A stretch of DNA of 64,000 bases from Cirrosporium novae-zelandiae (taxonomy: Eukaryota), in the NCBI GenBank assembly GCA_026023565.1, contig JAPETS010000047.1:62001-126000 (forward strand), written 5' to 3'. The position numbers and the translations under genes are program-made. Position 1 is the stretch's first letter. Each line of letters opens with the position of its first letter. Below the pieces are notes generated by a model, which had not been told where the DNA came from, did no database searches, and saw only the letters and a program-made list of their open reading frames with translations. Of this stretch, positions 50,900-61,456 are shown one piece after another.

Positions 50900-53802
50900 A
50901 GTATATCTGTTTCACGAATTCTATGAGGCAATGGCAATGAAACACACTTTACTAAGAAGTTTTTGGATTGCAATTTTTCGATCCGAGGCTGCCAGGGATC
51001 AAGCAGGGGAGGGAATATATAAAGAATCTAGAACCTTACCTCTGTCCTACGGTTCGAGTGAATTTGGGTGTCATCGGCCTTTCAAATGCAAGTCAAGGGA
51101 GTGTTCCCGACGAAGTCATAGAGCGTTCCTGCAGATTAAATTCTACCCAAAGGGCAGCCTCCGAGTCACTATCTTCATTGACCAATTAATTATTACCTTG
51201 TACCATTTTCATTGTATGTACCTCCGACCAACTCACCGAATCACCCTCCCCCTCCTCAGCAACATCATGCCCGTCATTTCCGCCGTCTGCCTAGTTGTAC
51301 ATCCTTTAGTCGCAGGCTTCTCTCCGATCACAATCTGTGTTTCACTTGTTGTGTTCCATTCCGTAAATAACACAACAAAAAGGTCAAGCTGAGTCAAAAA
51401 AGAATAATGATGATTTACACACTAGGCTGATATCCAAACCTTGTCGGGGCAAAGTGACATGCAGGCATATATGAACCCTTTCTATATACAAGGTACTCGG
51501 TCGATTACTGTACAATTTGACTTTATATATTAAATGGGGGGGGGGGGGAGAGAATAAGGCGCCGGAGACAAGCTTCTTCTGCTTCTTCGAACTTTGCTGT
51601 CTGTTCTCTCTCTCTCATTTAATTAGTTAAACCTATTCAAATCAAGAACCGAGACTTATCTTTTACCGATGGATAAAGAAAGCAAAAAACATGTTCATAA
51701 CCGATTTTTAACCATCTGATTTCTTTTGTACTTCCCTTCTTATTTGTCAGCTTTTGTTTATACCTGTGGGAAAGGAAAAAAAAAATCGAACCTTTTCATT
51801 TAACCAACCACATCCCTCCTAGAATCATAAATCATAAACTTCCAAAAAAAAAAAACTCATCAAAGCCTTAAGACAGACAAACAAACAAACAAACAAACAA
51901 ACAAAAAGAAAGAACAATTATTTCGTTATATATCTATGTTTAATAGAATAATATATAGCTGTTGTAGCAGCAGTTGGGAATAAGGAAAGGAAATACATAA
52001 TTAGGACTGGGGCTGAACAAGCTTGCTTGCTTAATTGCTTGCTTGTTTCGGAAGGGATGGATATATATGAATTTGCATTGATTGCTTTTACTTTATATAT
52101 AGACTAGGAATTTTAGCTCGGGCTTTTAATTACTGTGAATATATAGTTAAGGCCTTAGTCTAAACAGTAGGAACCAATCAATTACCTCAAAGAATTAGGC
52201 TTGAAAAATTCAAAAAATTCTTTCGCAATACCACAATAGGTAGGGTATTATGCTGCCCCTTTCTTTCTTTCTTTCTTAAAACTTTAAGAAATTATCTGAA
52301 AGAAATCTGAAAGCTTTGAAAAGGTTAGTTGGAATGTACTTGATGATGATGGAGAAGGAGAGAGAGGAGGAGGAAGGGGAAGGGGAGGGGGTTTGGTTTT
52401 TTCTTGGGGGGATATATATGTATTAGGCGGGGGAAGAGGGGGACGTAATGATAGGTTGAAGTGAAGTGAATTGAATGAGATTGAAATCAAGACTTGTCCA
52501 CTGTACATATCCATCTATGTGGACTAAAAATTCACTACCCTCTACCCCTAACTCCTGCCTCACTGCAAAACGGAATCCCAAGAAAGACGGTGATTGTCCG
52601 ACGACACGAGCTCAGAAGGACGCACGCCTTTCATGGAGAGCCTGAAGTTGTTTTGATCGTGGCACTTTCCTTAGCTAGTGTTGCCAGTGGAGCAAACACA
52701 AATGTGATTAGAGCTGCGAACTTCATGTCAAGTGTGGGCGAGGCGAGGCGAGGTGGTGAAAGGATGGCGAGGAGGGGATGGAACCTGTATTGTAGGATCA
52801 AACAGGGCGTGATGGAAGGGTTTTGTTTAAATGCTCGTTTCCTACGCGTGGAAGGGAAATTCAACTAGTAATTGATGGGGTGCTCAAGTGATCAAAGACA
52901 TACATACATATATAACGAATTCAGTAGCTCGGCAAGAAACCCGAGGGAAAAGATGAGAACTTTTGCTCGACGGAACTGAAACTGCAGCTTTTCCTCATAG
53001 AATCTTTGAAAGGAGAAAATAAACGAGATTAAGAAAGAAACGACTGCATATTTGAATAGAAAGAAGCCGCTGCTGCTTCGTCCAAAGGCGGATTTGCTGC
53101 ATGAAAAGACATCTTTAATGAAATAATAATATATCAAATGTTTGATATGTATTGCATCAATGGCCAGATCTTCCTTAGATCAAGTAGATCATCAATTTTC
53201 CATCGTCAAAACCCCACTTTTCTATCAGTTCCTACCTAGTAGAGAGGTTTAGGAACTCGACGACGACGACGACATCATCATTAAGTCATCAACTAAAGCT
53301 GAACTACCTTGTTCAACTTCCAGTGAAATGCATTTGAAGTAGGAAACCACTGTTGCTAGCCTTGAGGACGATGCCGTTCAAAGAAAGCGACATATCCGAT
53401 GACTAGGAATTTGAAAGATAAGGAGGACCTGAAGGTTGAGAAGCATTGTGGGTATGAAATTTGTGCGAGGGAATATGTATGAATTTCCTCGTATTCGTAT
53501 AATAATTATACAGAGTCCCGGATTCATTGAGCCGAGGTCCACGGAGTTTGAAATGCCGGATACCGACATTACAGTACAGGTATCCTAGCGGCCGAAAACG
53601 CCGAACCTCCTTGCGAGAAAATATTAGAAAATATAAAATATAAAATATAAAGGTATACCAAGTAGAGTGGTCGCAAAGGCCAGTTTATTTATTGAACGCT
53701 TTAATCTGCTTTTCATTCTTGATGATTGTAGCTCGCATACATTAATTATTCTTCGCTCATCTTGCAACTAATCTCGAGCCCTTTAAGTCTTTTACTTGAG
53801 CC

Positions 53803-54531
53803 TCAACTATCACCATGTATTGGGCATGATATTCTACTTTTCGCACAACACCACTTTTGAATGCAATGCGCATGCCAGATACACAACCTTCCGCAGGGCG
53901 ATCTCCCCAGTCGTTGCCCAACTTCAAACTCTTCAAGACATATAACACAATCCCGACCATTGAGCTCATCAGAACAATCCTTCCATGTTGCAGTAAAAAA
54001 CTTCAAAGCTAGTGAGCGAGGATGAGTAAAAGCAGGTTGGATATGTCTAAAAGATAGTTCCGTTAACCTGGGCATTCCGTTCCCCACAAATTCCGCTCCC
54101 GCCCTTGAACTCGTGTTGGTGCCCGATGGCGGGGTCAAGCTGGTATCCGAATCATCCGTATCCTCCGTCAAATCAATATAGGTAGCTCTACGGGGTAGCT
54201 AAGGCGACCGGGGTCGTAGAAACAATTGATTAGATCGAGGTTATCTATCCTGTAGTTCTCCATCGTCCGACGAAACAACGATGACCTCTGCTCTTTCTTG
54301 CTGGGGTGGCCTGACTCGTCGTCCCGAATTTATGTGATCCTCTTCCCTTTCTGAGCGGCCCCTCTTCCTCCTTGGGTTGTTCCTTTCGTTTTCACTCTCT
54401 CATAGAGTACGCTCCCTGCTTTGGCCGTTGTTATTGAGGTGGACTAATGGGCGACGATTATGATTGTGTCTGACACTTGGCTCTGGTGCGAGAAGGCACT
54501 GGGGGAAAGGGGGCAGGTGGCTCGACGGCAT
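53803..54531 (-). pseudogene. disrupted RING-H2-type ubiquitin ligase gene with SIM-like motifs
   Basis: One frame from ATG 54531 to CVICLEEFEVG...C...C-WH--CI--W...CP-H. It is interrupted by in-frame TGA (54402-54400), TAA (54243-54241) and TAG (54201-54199). Confidence 0.65.
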
Positions 54532-55112
54532 TGTGCGTGGGGTGAACTTAATTTGATGAAGAATTGAGAGTGGGTTCGGTGTAGCCCCTCGTATTAAACG
54601 ATACAGCGAAGGTACTGTCCTGATTCTTTATTTGGTTCAGCTTGGTTCTTTGAAGAAATAGGTTGTAGGAATAGCGATGGTTCCACCATCACCTCGACCG
54701 TGTAGAAAGAAGAATGAATGGCGAAGATAGAGAAAAAATAATTACAAAGGTACTTCGCAAGTGAATGCTTTGACTTTGAAAAGTGACATCAATTGCCGAT
54801 GGTCTACACAGTACAAGTACTCGAAAGGTGCTGGGAGGGGGGGGCGTCATGGTTCCAAGCGGCACCCCTAGGCTTGGCTCTTTCGGGAAATGCCCGGGGC
54901 GGAAAATTAATTAATGCGTAAAGGCCCAGCATCTCAGGTCAACACTTACCTGACTTTGGCATCGAGGATACAAATTTAATGATATTTACTCCATCGAGTT
55001 CTTGCGCTCTGTACTAACAGTACTGACAGATTCTTTGATTGAAAAAGACTAGACTCTAAGGGCCCGAGCAGATACAGTATAAATTCATGGAACCATAACC
55101 TCAACAAGTTTA

Positions 55113-56675
55113 CTAAACCTTTTCAACCTCCTTCGACGATCCACCAGCAACTTCTTTAATATCATCTTTTCTTTGCGGCACAACCTCTGAGTTGCCTTTC
55201 TCCTCCCTCGGAATCTCGTCTGCCGGAAACACATGCGTGGCCCACTGCTTAACAGGCACCTTGTCCTGGAAGAACAGCTCCACCTCCAGGGTTGATCTAC
55301 CAGTAGTCTCCCCAACGCAGAACCATACATATGCTAGGGTGATGCAGGTTGTCCCTGCATACACAAATCCAAGCATCGGACCTAGATTGGCAGAGTAATA
55401 GAGGTAAGGCGAAGTGAAGACCATGGCCCAGACGGTGAAGAAGAAAGACACGAAGGCGCAGGACATGATCTTGCTGCGGTTCCTTCCCGCCGCAGCTTCT
55501 CCAGCAACAGTATAGGCAAGGGGTCCGAGGCCAAAGTTGAAAGCGACAATGACAGCGTAGGAGAAGACGACAATGGTAGTGCTGTAGGCTGTTGTCATGG
55601 TTTCGGGGATCCCGAGGCCGCCAACAACGATGAGGGCGATGAACATGATGAGCGATGTGATCAGCAGGTTCTCACGCCTGGGTACCTTGTTACCCAGCAG
55701 GACGGAGACGCCGACGGAGATGACTTGAAGGACGTTTGTGATGAGAGATATGGTAAAGGGTTCGGCCATACCGATGGATTCGGCAAAGACGACTCCGTAA
55801 GAATAGAAAAATTGAATTCCGTTGATCTGTTGTGCTACCATGGAGCCGCAGGCATAGAGGACCTTGCGTCGCTCTATGGGGTCTTTCACGAGGGAGATCC
55901 ACGTAGATTGGCTGGCCTCCACTCTCTCGTTTTCTACAGCTAGGCTAAGAGCCTCTATATCTAGCGCAGGATCATAGTCTTTTTCGCCTCTGTGGATTTT
56001 CCTTAAGGATGCAGCCGCCTCTTGGATCTTGTTCTTACCGACAAGCCAAACGGGACTCTCAGGAAGGAATGGAAGGCCCATCAGCATGCACAAAGGTAAA
56101 AACCCCAACAATCCCATCGGAATCCGAAAGGAGGCGGTAGAGGAAATGCCTTCAGTCCCCTGCGTGATTGCCGATCCAACAAGCTGAGAGCACGATTGCA
56201 TAAACTGAAACATCATCGTTGCGGGGCCGCGGATATCTTGCGGAGCAACCTCCCCGATATACAAGACGCAAGTCACCGTGAATTGACCGATGCCAAGGCC
56301 AATAAGGATACGTCCGAAGCAAATGAGACCTTCGTTACCATTATCGGCGATCTGAACAATCGCTCCAGCGATGATGAAAATGGAAGCACAGAAGAAGACT
56401 CCTTTTCGTCCGAAGTAATCGTTTATGGGAGCGGCGAGCAGGGCTCCGCAGAGTTCGCCGACGTAAATAATTGATGCGGTCAGAGATAGAAAGGAGGTTG
56501 TCAACGCGATTTTGCCAGTCGAGTCCCGAGTAGTGCCGTAGAGGTTGATGAAGGGCCTCATGCCTTGAAGGCCGGTGTAATAAATCTGATCATAGCCGTA
56601 GCAGAGGGCACCGAGGGTAGAAATGGCACAGAAGAAGATGGCCCATTTGTGTTTGGTGAGGGTGGTTTTGAACAT
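55113..56675 (-). CDS. sugar porter (MFS), maltose/alpha-glucoside-permease-like, intronless
   Basis: YGYD, DYFGRK, GEVAP--RG, PESPVWL, QQINGIQF and GETTGRST-EVE. About 12 TM segments. ATG context CAAAAAATG with upstream TATATAAAA. Confidence 0.92.
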   Translation of the reverse strand: MFKTTLTKHKWAIFFCAISTLGALCYGYDQIYYTGLQGMRPFINLYGTTRDSTGKIALTTSFLSLTASIIYVGELCGALLAAPINDYFGRKGVFFCASIFIIAGAIVQIADNGNEGLICFGRILIGLGIGQFTVTCVLYIGEVAPQDIRGPATMMFQFMQSCSQLVGSAITQGTEGISSTASFRIPMGLLGFLPLCMLMGLPFLPESPVWLVGKNKIQEAAASLRKIHRGEKDYDPALDIEALSLAVENERVEASQSTWISLVKDPIERRKVLYACGSMVAQQINGIQFFYSYGVVFAESIGMAEPFTISLITNVLQVISVGVSVLLGNKVPRRENLLITSLIMFIALIVVGGLGIPETMTTAYSTTIVVFSYAVIVAFNFGLGPLAYTVAGEAAAGRNRSKIMSCAFVSFFFTVWAMVFTSPYLYYSANLGPMLGFVYAGTTCITLAYVWFCVGETTGRSTLEVELFFQDKVPVKQWATHVFPADEIPREEKGNSEVVPQRKDDIKEVAGGSSKEVEKV

Positions 56676-57091
56676 TTTTTGCTGCGTCAAGAACGAGTCA
56701 GAAGAGACGATTGGATTCCAAGTCTGAGGAGAAGGAGGAGAAGGAAGTTGATGAATATATCAGTTTTACTGATTGATATCGCTCATGGACCTCGGTGGCT
56801 TTTATATAGAGAGAAGATCTAATTAAAAAATAGAACCTATTTGCATTCGTTCCAAGCTCTCTAGTGAAAGGACGAATCATCCTCCAAATATAGTAGCACA
56901 AGTTTGCGGGGTTTGCGGGGGGGGGGGGTGGGGACTTGGTTTACTTTGCTGCTATAATACCACAGAAAGAATCATTTCTGAGCTGGAGAATCCACATTCA
57001 GATCATATGTCTGTACTAGAGTAAGAGTAAAATATTGCCTCGTTCCTTGCGATCGGGGAGGAGAGGGATAGGGGGATGGGGGGGGGCTATC

Positions 57092-57111
57092 CGTCGGATG
57101 CTTCCCCGATA
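57092..57111. promoter_or_regulatory. putative Zn2Cys6 binding site CGG-N8-CCG (copy 1)
   Basis: CGTCGG-ATGCTTCC-CCGATA in the divergent transporter/aldolase intergenic region. Confidence 0.6.
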
Positions 57112-57470
57112 GAATGAAACATTTGAAGGTTTATACTTTCTCTCTCTCTCGCCTAGAAGTAGTCGAAAGGTTTTCATTCTATTCCATTCCATTCCTCTAC
57201 TATAGTAATATAGTTAATTTATGCCAAGATAGAAATAGAAAAATAGGAAAATAGAAAATGGTTGTAAATACTGTGGGAATGGAATGGGTTTTTTATTCAG
57301 GTTGGGATCTAAGGAGTTATAAACATCTAAAAGAAAGAAAGAAAGTAGTTAGACGGTGTAATCCACACGACGATGATGATGATGATGATAATAGACACCA
57401 AGACTACCTGCCAGCTCCAGCAACTCCAACACGTTAATTGTTAGTCGCATTAAACTCTTCAACTCTACAG

Positions 57471-57490
57471 CATCGGGGGAACTTCCGATG
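57471..57490. promoter_or_regulatory. putative Zn2Cys6 binding site CGG-N8-CCG (copy 2)
   Basis: CATCGG-GGGAACTT-CCGATG. Confidence 0.62.
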
Positions 57491-58232
57491 GCGTACTTCT
57501 TTTTTTTTTTTTTTCTTTCTTCTTCCACCGAGGTAATTTAATTAAATTCCATGAAAATCACCAACACTATATTATGACTCCTGATGACTACTGTGCCTAC
57601 CTATGAAGTATCAATCGGGGAATGGAATGATTTATCTACAAGAAATGGGTATAGGGTAGATTGGATTGGTTTAGGGACAGGAACAGGAACAGGAACAGGA
57701 GATCATGATGGATTGATTATATTGCCTCATCCTATAACTCGTATTTCGCGCTGAAATTTGTTTTATTTTTTTCTATCCCCCAATAGCTCTATTGTTGGTT
57801 TCTCTAGATATAATAGTAGTAAGGAAGTAATTCTTTTTCGTTTTTTTTTGGGGGAGGGGGCGAGAATATAGTTATTTAGTTAGTCTATTAATCAATTGGA
57901 TTGGATTGGATCGGATTGAATCGAATGATTTGAAGATGTCTGGGGCTTCTTGGTGGTTTTACTCTATAGACTACTACTACTAAATATCCTCGAGCTCGTG
58001 GATTACTGTTCACGCCATTATTATTCGTATACACTATCCTCTACTCTCTCTCTCTCTCTCTTTTTTGACTATCATCAGACAAAACAAAATATCCCATCAA
58101 CATTTTTGATTTTGTATTTTCTCAAACTCTCATACTCTCATAGAAAAATCACAAACTAAATCTAGAAACGCCTATTCTTCCCTCCTTCCCTACCTTTACC
58201 CACCCATCCACCCCCCCAAACCCATCTTGATC

Positions 58233-59380
58233 ATGTCCGATAAGCCTACCACTACCAACACCTTAGAAGCCATTAGGGCCACTGGCACAGTTCTCATAGC
58301 CGATACGGCGAGTTTTCGGGGTTAGGGACCTCCCATTTTATAATCCATTTATGATAGATTAATATAACTAATATATGCTATATGCTATACTCTAGAAATT
58401 TCACGCTTCCATCCCTCTGAAGGAACAACCAATCCCTCCCTCCTCTACGCAGCCGCGCAACAGCAGCAGCAAGCCTACTCTACTTTTCTCGACCGCACGG
58501 TCCAATATGCTAGATCTTTATCACCAGTGTCATCGCCTTCCGAGTGTCTCTCACTTGCCGTGGAATTCCTCTCCGTCCAGTTTGGTACGGAAATTTACAA
58601 GATCACCGGCAGAGTTGCCACCGAGGTGGATGTCTCGTACTCCTTTATGAGCGAGAAAACGGTGGAGGCTGCCCTGAGGGTCATTGAGCTCTATGCTAAA
58701 GAAGGGGTTCCTAAGGATGCGGTGCGTATCAAGATTAGTGCCACGTGGGAAGGGATTCAGGCTGCGAGGATTCTGGAGCGCGATTATGGTGTTAGTGTTT
58801 TGGTGACTATTGTTTTTGGCATGGTTCAGGCGATCACGGCGGCGGAGGCGGGGGTGAGTTGTATTGCGCCCTATGTTGGGCGCATTGATGATTGGCACAA
58901 GGCGCGTGGGTTTCAGGGGGCGGATATGGGGGTTCAGAGGGTGAAGGATATGCAGAATTATTTGCGCAAATATGAGTTCCGGACGAAGGTTATGGCTGCT
59001 AGTTTTCGGAATATAGAGCAGGTCAAAAGGCTTGCTGGATTGGATCTGCTCACGGTAGCGCCGGGGATCTTGGATCAATTGGAAAAGTGTACGGACGATG
59101 CTCCACCTCAGTTGACGGTGGAAAGCGGTAAGACGTCTTTCTTCGATTTCTTCTAGGATAATTGTGGCATTTCTTTCATCACCGGCGCATTGCTAACCAT
59201 TGAGCAGCTAAAGCGGCTGAACTCCCGGAGTTATCATATATCAATGATGAAGGCGCTTTCAGATGGGCCTTCAACTGGGATGCCTGTGCGGTGGAAAAGT
59301 CAGCAGAAGCCATGAGACTCTTTGCCGAGGATACGGATCGTCTCAAAGCCTTGCTGGCGAGCATGATTACGAGTACCTAG
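58233..59380 (+). CDS. transaldolase-family class I aldolase (330 aa, 3 exons) with FSA-like residues
   Basis: Exons 58233-58320, 58396-59127 and 59208-59380 total 993 nt in frame. Motifs ADTA, TTNPSL, TEVD, Schiff-base RIKISATWEGI, IAPYVGRI, MAASFR and C-terminal E--FRW--N-D--AVEK. Confidence 0.93.
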
Positions 59381-59655
59381 GGAGTCAATACAGCAATTGT
59401 AGTAATCAGGAGATGTCTTGAGATTCAAACTGAAAGTAAAACTAGACGGTCGTAGTGTTGATGTGGAATACCACATTATCATTGATCCAGGGTTGCCATT
59501 TTGGTGCCATCACCATGTATTTGAGAAGGACGACATCATCAACTGCCTCTCGGAAACTATAATGTACCTGGCTCCAAATGCTATTGGATAGAACTTAAGT
59601 GACCCACTTTTCATGTAGGTCAGGCTTAATTGATGGGGAGATCTCATTAATAGTG

Positions 59656-59675
59656 CATCGGGAGCTTCCCCGATG
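59656..59675. promoter_or_regulatory. putative Zn2Cys6 binding site CGG-N8-CCG (copy 3)
   Basis: CATCGG-GAGCTTCC-CCGATG, about 280 bp upstream of the kinase ATG. Confidence 0.62.
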
Positions 59676-59956
59676 GTCCTCCGATGGGGCGTCTAGCCTA
59701 AGAATTTGGGTGAATGGGGGGGGTTACCAACTCATTGTACTGTACAACGTCTCTAATACAAAGTCACGAGTTATTCGCTTCCCGACGATACCTCAGCAGA
59801 CCTATTTGAAGATAATAGTAGGATTAGCGTTAAAACATCTGTACACATCGTATAAATAATAAATATCAGCCGGCTTATTTTATAGCCAGTGCATCTTCTT
59901 GCGCCAGACAATTCGAGTAGTCAATCCATTCTTTCAATTCATCAGCTTTCACCAAG

Positions 59957-61195
59957 ATGCCGTACATTGTTGGTCTCAACAGCGGTTCATCTTTTGACGG
60001 CGTCGATGCTGTCCTTTGTTCAATTGACTTTGCCCCCGACGGTCATCCTGCGCGTCCCAAGTATATTTCTGCCTTGACAGTCGACTGGCCTGAAGAGCTT
60101 TGCCCTCTTATTTTGAGAGCTTTCAATAACACTCTCACCCTTTTCGAACTGTGTCGCCTCAATTATGCCGCCGGAGCCGTATACGCCGAAGCAGCAAATA
60201 AATTATTAGCTCAAGCTGGGCTCAAACCTGAAGATATTGATGTGGTTGGATACGACGGACAAACAATTTACCAGGAGCCTGTCGACAAAACAAAAGTCAA
60301 AGAGTACGAGCAGAGCGGAAATAAGAGCTTGGTAGAAATGTGGACCAAAGGTGGTTTTCCATGTGGACTTTTCATTGTGGAATCAGGCGTCGTTGCCGCC
60401 CTAACCCAAATTACCACTGTTACACAATTTAGACCGGTTGACCATGCACTTGGTGGCTCTGGTGCACCGTTGATGCAATATCTTGACTTTGTTGCTTTCC
60501 GCGATGAAGGTCCTGTCGTGACGTTGAATATCGGCGGTATTGCAAACCTGCAGTTGGCAGATGCTGACCGTAATAAAATGATGGCATTTGACACAGGCCC
60601 TGGAAATGTCATGATTGATCATGTCGTCAAAACAAGAACTGGACGTGGATATGATAAGGATGGAGAATTGGCGGCTAAAGGGACTGTCATCGAACCATTA
60701 TTAGAATACCTGAATAGTCACCCATTTTTTACCCGAAGTCCTCCCCGATCAGCATGGAGATTGGATTTCGGAGCTGACTTTGCGGATCGTATTTTAAAAG
60801 AATACGGTTCTACATCAACTGAAGACCTATTGGCAACATTCACTACATTTACAGCACAATCAATTGAACGATCGTTTGTAGATTTCGTTCTGCCAAAAGC
60901 GCCTGTCACCAAACTTATTGCCAGTGGTGGAGGTACACGGAATGCAACCCTGATGAAAAATTTAAGCCAAAGACTGGCGGTGCACGGAGTCAAGACACGC
61001 TTAAGTGATGATTTTGGTCTTCCGGCGGCTTATAAGGAAGCTATCAAGTTTGCAACGTTGGCCTTTGCTGCAAAAAATGGTTTGGCCAACAATATTCCCG
61101 CAGCTGGAGGCGCTTCATCCTTTGCGGTACTTGGGAAGTTGAGTTTGGCACCGCGGCTTGCGAAGCTCGGAGATTCTCCAGTTAATGGTAAGTGA
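59957..61195 (+). CDS. AnmK / levoglucosan-kinase family anhydro-sugar kinase (divergent), intronless
   Basis: GLNSGSSFDGVD, GQTI, FR--D---GG-GAPL, NIGGIAN, FDTGPGN--ID, YDKDG, GGG--N, KEA and LGK. Confidence 0.93.
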   Translation: MPYIVGLNSGSSFDGVDAVLCSIDFAPDGHPARPKYISALTVDWPEELCPLILRAFNNTLTLFELCRLNYAAGAVYAEAANKLLAQAGLKPEDIDVVGYDGQTIYQEPVDKTKVKEYEQSGNKSLVEMWTKGGFPCGLFIVESGVVAALTQITTVTQFRPVDHALGGSGAPLMQYLDFVAFRDEGPVVTLNIGGIANLQLADADRNKMMAFDTGPGNVMIDHVVKTRTGRGYDKDGELAAKGTVIEPLLEYLNSHPFFTRSPPRSAWRLDFGADFADRILKEYGSTSTEDLLATFTTFTAQSIERSFVDFVLPKAPVTKLIASGGGTRNATLMKNLSQRLAVHGVKTRLSDDFGLPAAYKEAIKFATLAFAAKNGLANNIPAAGGASSFAVLGKLSLAPRLAKLGDSPVNGK

Positions 61196-61456
61196 TGAAT
61201 CTAAATCAACCATCAGCTGAAAAAAGCTAAACAAGGGAGCAGGAGTACCTAAAACGGATTCAAATGGTATTGATGGGGCGCACACAGTTTGACCGATTAA
61301 TGCAATGGTGTACACTGAAGACATACCTCCGCTCTCTTAGCTATAAGATAGTTCAGCTATATAGAATTGTATTTCTTTTCACTTCAACAAGACTGAAGTT
61401 TGGCGAGGGCCCTTTCTAATCGTACTGGAAAGCACACGATCCTCTCTATTAGACCA

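Noticed and set aside
58233..59380. Calling the aldolase the housekeeping TAL1
   Set aside because: It lacks the CNLTL and SPFVGR signatures and sits in a specialised cluster.
59957..61195. Calling the kinase a bona fide levoglucosan kinase or anmK
   Set aside because: Several conserved substrate-side motifs differ and the gene context does not fit glucose-6-P or MurNAc-6-P products. Only the family is assigned.
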